Shown: positions 8,917 through 19,408, counted from the first letter of the stretch. The stretch: 64,000 bases of DNA from Limisphaerales bacterium (GCA_965657355.1 CBFHOE010000011.1:32001-96000); one strand, 5' to 3'. Notes: a model not told the origin generated them from the sequence alone. Numbers and translations are program-made.

Positions 8917-11016
8917 TTATGCAGTTTGCTGGGGACTGGATGATCGGCTGTAGAATCCGGCAAGCCAGGTCTCAAAAACGATAAGAATCATGACGGCCGC
9001 CAAGATCCATTTCCAATTTTTTTGAGATTCCTCAATTTCAAAGTCTTTTTGAGATAATGCCATGCTGGCTGACTGTTGGTTACCTTTTTCAATTTGGTCA
9101 GGTAGATTGTCCTCGCTCCATATGGGAAGTTGGTAGTTATCCATTTTTGTTAAAGCCATGGAAGAACATAAAGATTCCCGTGGATCAACATTGACAGGTA
9201 TCAAATAAGAAACGTCCTCGTCCTTGACAGATACAAACCCAGGCTTCTGAACTCCGGTAAAACGCTTTCCGGATTTAACACTTATTGATTCTTCTTCACT
9301 CACATTAACTAAAGATTCTTTCACCAAAGGTAGCCATGATTGGTTTACGTAGTATTGCGGAACTGAGGACTGCCACGCTCCAGCGACTTTTGACAAAGAT
9401 AAAATAATAGGAACAAATTTGGAACTCCTTGCCAAAAGGCTTGAATCAGGCTTCCACCCAGAAGTCATTAACCAAAGGTTTCCCTGGCCTATTTTCCACT
9501 CACAAATCCATGGCGACTCATCTTCAAATTGAGCTATAGAATAGCCATCAGATCGCTCAATGAATTCAGACGGAATAGAAAAATATTTAGTGAAACCCAA
9601 GCTCGAGAAATTATTAAATTGCGGATCATCAAAGGGTGAAAAAACTGGGTGACCCCAATCTATTTGGGACAGCATTGCCATTGTTTTTGGCTGCTTCATT
9701 TTAAGACCTGAGATATCAAGATCGTCAGACACGATTCTCAAAATATTGCCAAGATCCTCCATATTTTCAGGAACGTAAAGAACGTCTAATCCCTCTTCTA
9801 TTTTTTTCTTCAAAAACGAAATTTCATTGGATGCCTTGTCTAATTTTGTAGCAACCAGAAACCTGGATTGATTGGACACCTGAGAGGCATTATCTATGTC
9901 GATAATTTGCGTTGGAGAATTACCACTTCCACCGAAGGCTCTATTGAGATAGAAAAGCATGTTTTTTGGGTCATTAAGATCTCCGAGGTGCAAAGTTGTT
10001 ATATAAAAGCTACCTTTCGCAGCGTTTACCCAATAGACAGTGTTGTCGAATTGAGTAGAGTCAGCATTTTTTATTTTGGCGATACCGTGTGTTGCTGAAA
10101 TTTCCTCCATTGGGATATTAATAATGCGCGAACTGCCGGAAGGGACGGAAACCTGGTAGGTCTTCAGGATTTCCCCATCACTCTTATCCCCAGCGATAAT
10201 ATCCACCTGAAACTGGGTTTTTAAATTTTCGTCATCGTTTAATATTTGAATTCGAGCAATGCCTGGGGTATCGGAATTAAGTAATGCTAATCCGGAATTA
10301 GGTTCAATATCCTGACCTATATTCATAATTTTTAACTTTGTCTCCGAGTGCCATTCATACCCTTGCAGGCCATCAAGGCTTGCTCCTTTTTGAAAATCAC
10401 TAATCACACATATTCTAGCTTGGGCTAAATCTCCGGCGCTCAAGTTATCATTTAATCGTTCTTCGACATATTCGGCGGCACTTACGATGGATGCACCAAG
10501 ACGAGTCGCCCCATATGTTGGAGTAGACTCCTGCAAAGCAAGTGAAATCTCCTGATTTACATCGCCATCGCCCAAAGGTCTCCAATCAAACAGCAAATGA
10601 AAATCGGATTCAAACGTTGCGAATGCAACCATATCCGTTTGTTTTAAGTCATTGATGGATTGGGAGATAAATTTTTCTACTAGTCCGGCGGCCGAGCTCC
10701 TGCTCATGCTGGCGCTGGTATCAACGAGTATGAGGTTATATAAAACAGATGGATCTGGTGAGTCTGTCTTGTTTTCTTTAGGGAAAAAAGGACGAGAAAA
10801 AGCCAGACAAATGAGAAGAATTAATAAACACCGAATAAATAGTAAAAACCAATTACTTATTCGACTTTTCCGACTAAATTCTGGTGGATCAGGTTCCAGA
10901 AACATCAAAGTACTGAATGGACGCTTCTTCTGGGGCGACCTTCTCATCAAATGAAAGAGGATAGGCCCTGCAATGGCCAAAGCACCGACAAGAAAAAAGG
11001 GGGCGAGAAAACTCAT
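8917..11016 (-). CDS. BatA N-terminal domain + vWA domain membrane protein
   Basis: BatA pattern 'MSFLAPFFL..AGPILFHLM..PFSTLMFL..LLFIRCL..AFSRP'; MIDAS 'DTSASM' and 'ISDFQ'; C-terminal TM 'WKWILAAVMILIVFETWLA'. Confidence 0.85.
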   Translation of the reverse strand: MSFLAPFFLVGALAIAGPILFHLMRRSPQKKRPFSTLMFLEPDPPEFSRKSRISNWFLLFIRCLLILLICLAFSRPFFPKENKTDSPDPSVLYNLILVDTSASMSRSSAAGLVEKFISQSINDLKQTDMVAFATFESDFHLLFDWRPLGDGDVNQEISLALQESTPTYGATRLGASIVSAAEYVEERLNDNLSAGDLAQARICVISDFQKGASLDGLQGYEWHSETKLKIMNIGQDIEPNSGLALLNSDTPGIARIQILNDDENLKTQFQVDIIAGDKSDGEILKTYQVSVPSGSSRIINIPMEEISATHGIAKIKNADSTQFDNTVYWVNAAKGSFYITTLHLGDLNDPKNMLFYLNRAFGGSGNSPTQIIDIDNASQVSNQSRFLVATKLDKASNEISFLKKKIEEGLDVLYVPENMEDLGNILRIVSDDLDISGLKMKQPKTMAMLSQIDWGHPVFSPFDDPQFNNFSSLGFTKYFSIPSEFIERSDGYSIAQFEDESPWICEWKIGQGNLWLMTSGWKPDSSLLARSSKFVPIILSLSKVAGAWQSSVPQYYVNQSWLPLVKESLVNVSEEESISVKSGKRFTGVQKPGFVSVKDEDVSYLIPVNVDPRESLCSSMALTKMDNYQLPIWSEDNLPDQIEKGNQQSASMALSQKDFEIEESQKNWKWILAAVMILIVFETWLAGFYSRSSSPQQTA

Positions 11017-11969
11017 GCCACAGACCTTTCGGATTCCATATTTTTAGGGGGCAGCCACCCCCCCGATTCGGATCTAACATAATGATAACAGACCTGATCA
11101 AGCGGACTTTCGGTTGAAACAATATTATATTTCAAACCGCATTCACTCGAAATTTTCTGAAGAGCTGCAAGATGAGAATCGAGTTTGACCTGGTAGCGTT
11201 GGGCCGCCATTTTCCCATTCACAAATATGGACTTTCCATTTTCCATATCTTCTAGAAGAAGACTCTCGTTTTGATTCCAAGTTATTTCTTTGGGGTCAAG
11301 AATTTGCACAAGAGAAATTTCATGACCTCGAGCAGAAAGTATCTTTAATTCATTTTTCAATACTTCAAGATCTCCGAGAAAATCGCTTACCATGACAATC
11401 TTACTTTTCGCTTTGACAAGGTTGGCCAATCCGTTCAATGAAACGCCGAGCTGTGTTTGCTTCCCCGGGTTGGCTGAGTGGAGTAGTTTAAGGAATTTTC
11501 TAAGCTGACCAACACGAACAGCCGGTGGTAAATACTCCTGGATTCCCGAATCAAAGCGACAAGCACCAACAGCATCCCTTTGCTTTAAAATGAAATATCC
11601 GAGAGACCCCACCAACAACCTGGCATAATCCATTTTTGACCATTCGAGAGATGAGTATGACATGGAGTTGCTCTGATCCAAAACAAAGTAAGTCCTTACG
11701 TTAGTCTCTTCTCGAAATTTTTTAATGTAATATCGATCTGTGCGAGCATATAACTTCCAATCCATATACCTCGTATCATCACCTTCAACGTAAGGTCTAT
11801 ATTCAGTAAATTCAGCGGAGAACCCATGGAAAGGACTTTTATGCAACCCTAGTAGAAACCCCTCAACAACAAGTTTGACTTGCAGTTCCAGGGACTTGAG
11901 TTTCATAAGACTTGCTGGATCAAGCCAACGGGTTTCATCTAATTTTTGATTTTGATTTCCAGTAGCCAT
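11013..11969 (-). CDS. DUF58 domain protein
   Basis: 'GLHKSPFHGFSAEFTEYRPYVEGDDTRYMDWKLYARTDRYYIKKF', 'LDQSNSM', 'VSDF'. Confidence 0.92.
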   Translation of the reverse strand: MATGNQNQKLDETRWLDPASLMKLKSLELQVKLVVEGFLLGLHKSPFHGFSAEFTEYRPYVEGDDTRYMDWKLYARTDRYYIKKFREETNVRTYFVLDQSNSMSYSSLEWSKMDYARLLVGSLGYFILKQRDAVGACRFDSGIQEYLPPAVRVGQLRKFLKLLHSANPGKQTQLGVSLNGLANLVKAKSKIVMVSDFLGDLEVLKNELKILSARGHEISLVQILDPKEITWNQNESLLLEDMENGKSIFVNGKMAAQRYQVKLDSHLAALQKISSECGLKYNIVSTESPLDQVCYHYVRSESGGWLPPKNMESERSVA

Positions 11970-11996
11970 TCTATGAAGTCTTGGTTGGCAGATGTG

Positions 11997-12998
11997 CTAT
12001 GCGGGAATGGCTATGTCCTCGAGAAGGCTTTCAATAACGTTCTCAACCGATAGTCCTTCTGCTTCAGCCCGATAATTAAGAAGAATCCTGTGGCGCAAAA
12101 CTGGCTTGGCCAGGATTTGGATATCCTCTCTTGTTACGTGAACCCTTCCTTGGAGAAGAGCACGTGCTTTTGCACCAAGAACCAGGCACTGGGGAGCTCT
12201 CGTCCCGGCCCCCCAACCAACCATCTCCTGAACAATTGCTGGAGCCGATTCGTTAGATGGTCGGGAATGAGCAGCAAGTTTGACGGCGTATCTCATGAGA
12301 TCGTCCGAGATAGGTATTTCTCTTACGATTTTTTGGATCTCCATCAATTGCCCTGATGAGAAAATGGATGTGATTTCTGGCAATCCTTTGCCTGTGGTTT
12401 GCCTGATGACTTCTACTTCCTCATCCTCTGGTAAATAATCAATGACAACATTAAAAAAGAATCTATCTAACTGAGCCTCTGGCAAAGGGTAAGTCCCTTC
12501 CATTTCAACTGGGTTTTGCGTTGCCAAAACAAAAAACGGCAGAGGAAGTTGGTGAGTTTGCCCACCAGATGAAACCTGTCTTTCCTGCATCGCTTCCAGC
12601 AATGCCGCTTGAGTTTTAGGAGGAGTTCTGTTGATTTCATCCGCAAGCACAATGTTTGCAAATATGGGCCCTTTCACAAACTTGAGGTGCCGGCCATTTT
12701 CTGACTCATCCAGAATTTCAGTTCCTGTGATGTCGGCGGGCATTAAATCAGGCGTGAACTGGATTCGTTGGAACTCAAGATCAAAAAGATCACCGATAGA
12801 TTTTACCAGCAAAGTTTTCGCTAACCCTGGGGCACCAGTAATCAGACAGTGACCACCAGCCAGCAAAGCAATCATTATTTGTTCAATTACGTCGTCTTGT
12901 CCCACTATGACCTTGTGGATCTGGTCCACCAATTCCGTTCGTTTCTCAAGCAATTGGTCGAGTTTTCTTGAGTTATCTTCAAATGATCCGTTTTCCAC
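11997..12998 (-). CDS. moxR: MoxR family AAA+ ATPase
   Basis: Walker A GAPGLAKT, 'RIQFTPDLMPADITG', Walker B LADEINR, 'ATQNPVEMEGTYPLPEAQLDRF'. GTG start. Confidence 0.95.
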   Translation of the reverse strand: MENGSFEDNSRKLDQLLEKRTELVDQIHKVIVGQDDVIEQIMIALLAGGHCLITGAPGLAKTLLVKSIGDLFDLEFQRIQFTPDLMPADITGTEILDESENGRHLKFVKGPIFANIVLADEINRTPPKTQAALLEAMQERQVSSGGQTHQLPLPFFVLATQNPVEMEGTYPLPEAQLDRFFFNVVIDYLPEDEEVEVIRQTTGKGLPEITSIFSSGQLMEIQKIVREIPISDDLMRYAVKLAAHSRPSNESAPAIVQEMVGWGAGTRAPQCLVLGAKARALLQGRVHVTREDIQILAKPVLRHRILLNYRAEAEGLSVENVIESLLEDIAIPA

Positions 12999-13032
12999 TT
13001 TTTTTCCTTTTTATAAAGATGCCACAATTTCC

Positions 13033-13911
13033 TTAATGGGTCATGGCATAAACTATGATATTAATTCCTAATGGGTATGCTTTCTTTTCTGAAAACTCTC
13101 TAAAATAGTATTCGTCTTCGCCTTCTCTTTCCCAACCGTCTCCGAGATCGGTATTGTGACAAATCATAACCATGATACGACCTTCGTCGTTGAGTATAGC
13201 CCGGTAATGGACATCACGTGCCCCGGGATTGTGCCGGGACTCCCAAGTCACACCAGTAAATTGGCTTTCATACCCTGTTTGAACATTTGGAATTTGGGGT
13301 AGTTCGCTCAGAGTCTCATTTAGAGGGAAGACAGTATTAAAAATTTCATGCTCTAACCCAATGTCTATTATGGGACGGTCGGGGAAAACTTTTTGCATCT
13401 GAGCCTGGAAATTTTGCCATTGAAAATCTCCCCAAAAATCGTCCACCATCATAAATCCACCATTGAGTAGATAATCTTTTAGGGCTTCGACTTCATCCGA
13501 GCTGAACATAACCCCACCCGGTTCAACCATATAGATGAATGGATAATCCTTTAATTTTTTATCCGTGAGTTCCAAGGCTAGACTTTGAGGGTTTACCTTG
13601 AGAGATGTCATTTGCGTCAACCGGTAGGCCAAATTGTTCTCGGCTTGCGGATGATCAATTTTCCATTTTGCCCCAAATCTTCCATAGTCATCAAAGCTGT
13701 CATATTTGACTCTGACGAATGTAAAAGTATCCGACTCAAAATTTTTTGGATATGACCAATCAGGCTTCCAATCGCCTTCATTAGATCCACCCCATTGTCC
13801 AAATAAACTGTGGAAAATGAATGCTAATGAAATAATAACCAAAACAGATGGCAAATGAATCCATCTGGGAATCATTTTGGGTTTCTGATTATTGCGAATT
13901 ATTTCCTGCAT
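13033..13911 (-). CDS. DUF4159 domain protein, probably exported
   Basis: N-terminal hydrophobic segment; 'FTFVRVKY', 'YPFIYMVEPG', 'GGFMMVDDFWG', 'HNTDLGDGWERE', 'GINIIVYAMTH'. Confidence 0.85.
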   Translation of the reverse strand: MQEIIRNNQKPKMIPRWIHLPSVLVIISLAFIFHSLFGQWGGSNEGDWKPDWSYPKNFESDTFTFVRVKYDSFDDYGRFGAKWKIDHPQAENNLAYRLTQMTSLKVNPQSLALELTDKKLKDYPFIYMVEPGGVMFSSDEVEALKDYLLNGGFMMVDDFWGDFQWQNFQAQMQKVFPDRPIIDIGLEHEIFNTVFPLNETLSELPQIPNVQTGYESQFTGVTWESRHNPGARDVHYRAILNDEGRIMVMICHNTDLGDGWEREGEDEYYFREFSEKKAYPLGINIIVYAMTH

Positions 13912-13988
13912 TGGCTAAAACTTCTTAAAAAATTTAGTAGTCCAGATTTTTCAGACTTAAGATTTAGACAGTAAAATGATTTATGAAA

Positions 13989-16595
13989 CTAACCAGAATT
14001 GGCTTTTAATTCCTTCTCTGCCTTGTTGCTTATCGTGAGAAATGACTTAAGGGCGTCTCTATGACGAGGGGCCAATTCGAGAGTAGAAAGTAAATGCTTG
14101 TATGCTTTTTCCGGCTCAGCGTCTTTGGTGAGAAGAAAAATTTGATAGTGAATTTCGGCTGGATTTATTGGATTTAATTGCAGTGCGGCTTCCCAATACG
14201 AAATAGCCTCTGGCTTGTTATTTTCTTCGGTAGAAACCACAGCCAAGTCTTCATAGACTTGGCCTTCGAAAGGGTCAATGGCTAATAACTCATTTGAATA
14301 ACGAAAGATTGCTTGGTTGTCTTTTTCATTCTTTGCCAACTGAACAAGCCTTCTATACATACTCGGAGGAGCCACTTCCAATCCAACCCATTTTTCAAGA
14401 ACCTTTTTTTCATCCTCCGGTTTTTCTTGTGCGTTATAAATTTTAGTGAGTATGGAAAGAGGGTTTGGAAATTGGCGCGGCTGATTAAATTCATCCAATA
14501 TGTTGAGGGATATTTCCTGTGCTCCTTCTAAATCGCCAGCATCAAAAAGCTTTTCCGCTTTGTCCATTAGCATCCAAAAGTTATTATTTTTTATTTTTTC
14601 TTTAAATGCACCCAAATCAAAATCACCGTCTCCAGGACGTGGAGGTGCACCGAAGTTGACTAATGCAGGTTTTGAGAAATCAAGTTTTCCTGCTGCCTTT
14701 TTTACTTTTTCATTAATCCATATCGAGAACTCGGTCTCTAGTTTGGATAACGAGGTGTAAGACTTCTCAAGTGCATTATTAATTTCCAGGCCGCGAGACA
14801 AATCCTTGAGAAGATCCGCCATTTTAGATTCGTCAAAATTGGTGAGAAGATATTCTACCACCATGGAAGATTGATAGTAGGCAAACTCAATATGCCCTGG
14901 AGTTTTGGGTTGCATGAACCCAGCACTGAGGTCGGAGATAGGCAGGAGATCTCCGTCATCAATCCATTGTAAAAATTGCGGAGTTAACTTCATGCCCCAA
15001 GCAGGATTTTCTTGGTATTCTTCGTAAACCGAAAGTCCTTCGCTGAGCCATCTCGGCATTTTATTTCGAGTGGCCCCTAAAGTGACGGTGTGGCAAAACT
15101 CATGCCATAATACAGCTTTCCAGTTGACGGATTCCATTCTCTGGGTTGATGGGCTGTTGGCAGTTATTACTGGCCCGAAGCAAACTCCTAGGTAGCCGGG
15201 GATGTTTGGCATGCCAAAAGTCCTCACTTCGAAATCCGTAGTGGAAGAGAATATTTCTACTCTGGTTGGCTCACTTGGAAAGAATCCATATTTTTTGGTT
15301 AATTTTTCATAAGCCCGATTCAATAAATCCAAAGCCTGCATACCGATGATGTCTTTTTCAGCAGCGTCAACGTAGACAATAAAATTGTCATTTGTAATGA
15401 CCTCATAATCCACCAGGTTATCGTGAAGATTTACTAGGTTAAAGGCGGCGACATCATAACCATCCTGTTCGTGAACTTGGTTAGCCAATCGCCAACCTTC
15501 TTCATTTTTACCAAGCCTCAATAGGTCCTGAGCTAATTGAATTTTGGACGGCAGGTAATTGTCATTCATACTCAATGCCATTCTCTGGTAGGCAGAACCT
15601 TCCTTGAATCGATAGTGCTGGGATAATTTTTTACCGATCAAATGAGGGATTTCAGGATCGATTTTATTTTTTTCAAATGCTTTCTGACGAGCTAGGACCT
15701 CCTCATCGGGTCGATTCTGTAGGTGGTGGATAGCAGCTCTGTAAGCCCACATTTTGGAGTTTTGGGACTGTATTTTTTCTATCTCATCCAACAACTCCAA
15801 TGCCTCTTCATAAGATTCCGAGTTCAACATAAAATCAACGAGAAGAAGTCGGCTGGGAACATGTTTCTGGTTTAGGGACATGGATTTCTCGATCCATTCC
15901 AATGTCTTAGCAGAATCACTTTCAGAGAAAGCAACAGCAAGACCGTGCGTCATAGCTGGATCCTTAGGAAATTTGGTGAAGCCATTCTGATACCATTTGG
16001 AAGCTAATCCGAAATCTCCTTTGTCAAGAGCCAGCCTTCCTGCAGCGAGGTAAACACTTCGGGTGTCTGGAGATTTTTTGGCGACTGGATCAAAAAAGTT
16101 TTTCATGACGAGCTTTGCATCCGCGTTGAGCTGCAACGCCATTTCTCCCAAGACGACTTGATCATCTGGATCAGAGAGGCGGTTTCCGAGCCTTCGAGCT
16201 ACCTGATTCATCTCCGACAGCATACGCTGCTGAGTATTTAGATCCCCCACCATTTTGGCGGTTTTGTAGGCTAGCCACCTTTTTCTAAGCCCCCAGCGCT
16301 CCCATCTGGCCCAAAGCTCTGCGTTTTCCGCAGCTTTTTTGGTGTTCCCCATCTCTAATTGTATCTCAACGATGAGTTCGGCCCACTTTTCCTCTTGGCT
16401 TCGGCTTGCTGAATTGAGGCCATCTTGAGCCATTTGCTCGGCTTTTTGATAATCGCCTGAAAAAAGCAAATTTCGGGCTTGTTCAAAATCTTGGCCAATG
16501 GAATCGCGTAAGCCGCACAAGAAAATGGTTGAAACGAAGAAATATTTTGCGACATCAAGCCCAAGTTTTAGGAACAGCTGTCGGTTGGCATACAT
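13989..16595 (-). CDS. TPR-repeat protein with gluzincin (peptidase MA-like) metallopeptidase domain
   Basis: Helical repeats flank 'LWHEFCH' and downstream 'PRWLSEG' (third Zn ligand). Signal-like N-terminus. Start uncertain (TTG 16637, ATG 16595 or later). Confidence 0.82.
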   Translation of the reverse strand: MYANRQLFLKLGLDVAKYFFVSTIFLCGLRDSIGQDFEQARNLLFSGDYQKAEQMAQDGLNSASRSQEEKWAELIVEIQLEMGNTKKAAENAELWARWERWGLRKRWLAYKTAKMVGDLNTQQRMLSEMNQVARRLGNRLSDPDDQVVLGEMALQLNADAKLVMKNFFDPVAKKSPDTRSVYLAAGRLALDKGDFGLASKWYQNGFTKFPKDPAMTHGLAVAFSESDSAKTLEWIEKSMSLNQKHVPSRLLLVDFMLNSESYEEALELLDEIEKIQSQNSKMWAYRAAIHHLQNRPDEEVLARQKAFEKNKIDPEIPHLIGKKLSQHYRFKEGSAYQRMALSMNDNYLPSKIQLAQDLLRLGKNEEGWRLANQVHEQDGYDVAAFNLVNLHDNLVDYEVITNDNFIVYVDAAEKDIIGMQALDLLNRAYEKLTKKYGFFPSEPTRVEIFSSTTDFEVRTFGMPNIPGYLGVCFGPVITANSPSTQRMESVNWKAVLWHEFCHTVTLGATRNKMPRWLSEGLSVYEEYQENPAWGMKLTPQFLQWIDDGDLLPISDLSAGFMQPKTPGHIEFAYYQSSMVVEYLLTNFDESKMADLLKDLSRGLEINNALEKSYTSLSKLETEFSIWINEKVKKAAGKLDFSKPALVNFGAPPRPGDGDFDLGAFKEKIKNNNFWMLMDKAEKLFDAGDLEGAQEISLNILDEFNQPRQFPNPLSILTKIYNAQEKPEDEKKVLEKWVGLEVAPPSMYRRLVQLAKNEKDNQAIFRYSNELLAIDPFEGQVYEDLAVVSTEENNKPEAISYWEAALQLNPINPAEIHYQIFLLTKDAEPEKAYKHLLSTLELAPRHRDALKSFLTISNKAEKELKANSG

Positions 16596-16699
16596 TTTGT
16601 AATGATCACCTTCATGTAGAAAATCGCAAGCCCGCAATTCAAATAAATCACTTCATTAGACAGAGGCTATACAGTCTCACTTGATCGCGTATAGCTGGT

Positions 16700-16728
16700 T
16701 TGACATCCCGACAAGAAAAACAAATAAT
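16700..16728 (+). promoter_or_regulatory. Putative sigma70 promoter of the DUF1080 gene
   Basis: TTGACA-N17-AATAAT ending 25 bp before ATG 16754. Confidence 0.6.
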
Positions 16729-16753
16729 GGCTCTTCCTTCATTTAGATAACCA

Positions 16754-18013
16754 ATGAATAAAATAAAAATTACAACAAAGATATTTGTGGGTATTGCTTT
16801 AGCATTAGGGGCATTTAGCACCAGGTCCTACGCAGCACACCACGAAGGATGGGCTTCACTATTTGATGGGAAGTCACTAAAAGGATGGGTCCAAAAAAAT
16901 GGCACAGCAACCTACCGGATTGAAAATAACTCCATCGTAGGAAAAACAAATGATGGAAGCCCTAACTCATTTCTTTGCACGGAAAAATTGTATGGCGATT
17001 TTGATCTGGAGTTTGAGGTTCGGGTCGACAATCAATTAAATTCTGGCGTTCAAATCAGATCGCAAACGGTAGGCGGAACGAATGGAGGCCGCGTTAATGG
17101 GCCTCAAGTCGAGATCGAAGCTAGCGGTAAAAATGGAGCAGAAAGCGGATACCTTTATGGTGAGGCTGCAGGAGGATGGATGACCCCAGCCAACATGAGA
17201 GGCCCTCACAAGGTATTCAAGGATGGAGAATGGAATGCTTACAGAGTTTTGGCTGTAGGACCACGGATTAAAGTTTGGATAAACGGAACTCTCATATCTG
17301 ATTTAAAGGATGAGGGAAAATTCAAATCTCACCCAAAGGGTTTCATTGGTCTTCAAGTGCATGGGATAGGAAGAGGAAAGGGTCCATATGAGGTTGCCTG
17401 GAGAAATTTAAGAATACGAGAGATACATTCTACCGATAAAAAAGTAGCGTATAAAAATCTATATAATGGGAAAAATCTTAATGGCTGGCAAACGACCGGG
17501 AACTGGATCCCTCAAAAGGATGGGTCCTTACTCATAAAACCAAGAAAAGGTGAAAAGGGCTGGCAAAGGTATAGCGACTATATTTGGACAAAGAAAAAGT
17601 ATACGGACTTCATACTCGATCTTGAATATAGCTATCCAAAGGGTGGTAATAGCGGGGTATTTTTTAGAGTGGGTGATTTGAAAAACCCTGTGGAAACAGG
17701 GATAGAGGCCCAAATCTTGGACAATTATGGATCTAAAAAACAACCAACGGCGCATGATCACGGTGGAATAATCAGGACAGCAGCCCCAAAAAAGAACATG
17801 TCTAAAAAACCAGGTGATTGGAATCACATGGTGGTAAAATGCGTCTCATCAAAATTAAATGTAAAACTTAATGGCGAAGAGATCATTGACATCGATCTCA
17901 GCAAATCCGATGCCTCCAAAAACAAACCGCTGGAAGGATATATTGGGCTCCAAGACCACGGTGAACCAAACAACGTATTTTTTAGAAATATCAAATTAGT
18001 TGAAATAAAGTAG
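16754..18013 (+). CDS. Secreted protein with two tandem DUF1080 (3-keto-disaccharide hydrolase-like) domains
   Basis: Signal peptide; two units with 'LFDGKSLKGW'/'LYNGKNLNGW', 'NSGV', 'WN', 'GFIGLQVH'/'GYIGLQDH', 'WRNLRI'/'FRNIKL'. Confidence 0.9.
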   Translation: MNKIKITTKIFVGIALALGAFSTRSYAAHHEGWASLFDGKSLKGWVQKNGTATYRIENNSIVGKTNDGSPNSFLCTEKLYGDFDLEFEVRVDNQLNSGVQIRSQTVGGTNGGRVNGPQVEIEASGKNGAESGYLYGEAAGGWMTPANMRGPHKVFKDGEWNAYRVLAVGPRIKVWINGTLISDLKDEGKFKSHPKGFIGLQVHGIGRGKGPYEVAWRNLRIREIHSTDKKVAYKNLYNGKNLNGWQTTGNWIPQKDGSLLIKPRKGEKGWQRYSDYIWTKKKYTDFILDLEYSYPKGGNSGVFFRVGDLKNPVETGIEAQILDNYGSKKQPTAHDHGGIIRTAAPKKNMSKKPGDWNHMVVKCVSSKLNVKLNGEEIIDIDLSKSDASKNKPLEGYIGLQDHGEPNNVFFRNIKLVEIK

Positions 18014-18030
18014 ATCTTAATTTTTATCTC

Positions 18031-18084
18031 TTTCAAAAACGTAAAAACGGGCTCCATATGGAGCCCGTTTTTACGTTTTTGAAA
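18031..18084. terminator. 54-bp perfect palindrome, probable bidirectional terminator
   Basis: TTTCAAAAACGTAAAAACGGGCTCCAT|ATGGAGCCCGTTTTTACGTTTTTGAAA between convergent genes. Confidence 0.8.
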
Positions 18085-18110
18085 CCAGTTTAAATGGGAT
18101 CAAACATCAC

Positions 18111-19334
18111 TTATTCAAATAGTTTTACAGAGACTTTTACAGGTGTCGCATAATCATTCCAAAGTCTTTCGATTATCTCTACGTTAGGCCCTCCGTCCAT
18201 AACAACAAAACGATATTTGGAGTTATATGTCTCACCCGGGGATATTGACCAATCACCACCCTGTGAGGGAGCGTAATTGAAGAATGGCTCATTTGGATGT
18301 ACTCTCATCGGTTGCGGAGAACGAAAGTTGTCAGGATGGCACATGACAACAATTCCAACCATTTTTCCTTCGTGCAGCCCTCCAATATAACACCAGTTCG
18401 CTTTGGTCGCATGAGCCTTGGTCCTATCTCTTTCACCATTGGATGTGAGAAAAAAACAGTTTTCCTTTCCATTCCATTCACTCCGTCCCCTGAATCCTAA
18501 ACCACCATATCTATATTCAGGAAGCTCTAGTTTACTTTCAGTCATATTAGTTTGAGAAGAGCGAAGGTCGAAAATATTATAAGGATTCTTTCCAAATCCC
18601 ACTGCATACATATGGACAGACCATTTTTCGGATAGGACTTCTTTTTCTGGCTTTGATGTCATGTCAACAAATCGATGACTGGCAGTAAAGCCAGCATGCA
18701 CTGGACCATCCCAATGGGCTAATAGATCGACGAACTCAACCCTTCCTGCCCCTTTTCCCATGTTCCAAAAATCTGGGGTTCTATTTTCAAATTTAGTTTT
18801 AGTCCAAGTATACCATACCCCGTGGTGGTGCGTATGCATTTCGGGGTAATCATCAGATACTACAACACCACTAGGGGTCTTTATGGGGTGCAGATATCCA
18901 GACCTCAAATAGAGTGAATCAATGTCTTTCCTGGGAAGACGTGCCTTTATGAAATACTCCAATGGAACATTACCCGAGCCCTTATGGAACCTGAGTTTCC
19001 CATCGTCGGTCTTATTAAGTTTTATGGCAGGCACAACGGATGGGTTCAAAATCTTTTGGACCACAACCTTTTTACTGGCAGTCTTTTCTAGAGACCTGAT
19101 CACCATAGTTCCCATTCCGTCTTGGACACGAACTAGAAACTTTCCACTTTCGTCCGCGTATAAAGTTTCCTCAGATGCCGGCTCATTGACCAGATTTTGA
19201 GGCCATTGAAAAATAGCTATGGAATCCTTTCTCTCCAGATCCCCCCCTTCCATTGATATTTCCAATCGCTGGGCAAAAGAACAAATTGGTATGAGTAGTA
19301 GTCCCAAAAAATACTTTAGTTTGGTCGATTTCAT
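18111..19334 (-). CDS. PmoA/DUF6807 family secreted protein (not a methane monooxygenase)
   Basis: Signal peptide; 'RSGYLHPIKTPSG', 'DYPEMHTHHHGVW', 'YRYGGLGFRG', 'HPDNFRSPQP'. Confidence 0.8.
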   Translation of the reverse strand: MKSTKLKYFLGLLLIPICSFAQRLEISMEGGDLERKDSIAIFQWPQNLVNEPASEETLYADESGKFLVRVQDGMGTMVIRSLEKTASKKVVVQKILNPSVVPAIKLNKTDDGKLRFHKGSGNVPLEYFIKARLPRKDIDSLYLRSGYLHPIKTPSGVVVSDDYPEMHTHHHGVWYTWTKTKFENRTPDFWNMGKGAGRVEFVDLLAHWDGPVHAGFTASHRFVDMTSKPEKEVLSEKWSVHMYAVGFGKNPYNIFDLRSSQTNMTESKLELPEYRYGGLGFRGRSEWNGKENCFFLTSNGERDRTKAHATKANWCYIGGLHEGKMVGIVVMCHPDNFRSPQPMRVHPNEPFFNYAPSQGGDWSISPGETYNSKYRFVVMDGGPNVEIIERLWNDYATPVKVSVKLFE

Positions 19335-19408
19335 TTCAAAGATGATAATTGAAAATTAAAAGAAGTTTTATGAAATTATATGATTGCCTATTTAATAGGT
19401 AAAAATTC

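Noticed and set aside
11997..12998. MoxR ATPase as part of an anti-phage system
   Set aside because: No nuclease or effector neighbours; the context is the DUF58/BatA type amid housekeeping genes.
18111..19334. Methanotrophy implied by the PmoA family name
   Set aside because: This is a soluble secreted protein, unlike membrane pMMO subunits, and no pmoB/pmoC is present.
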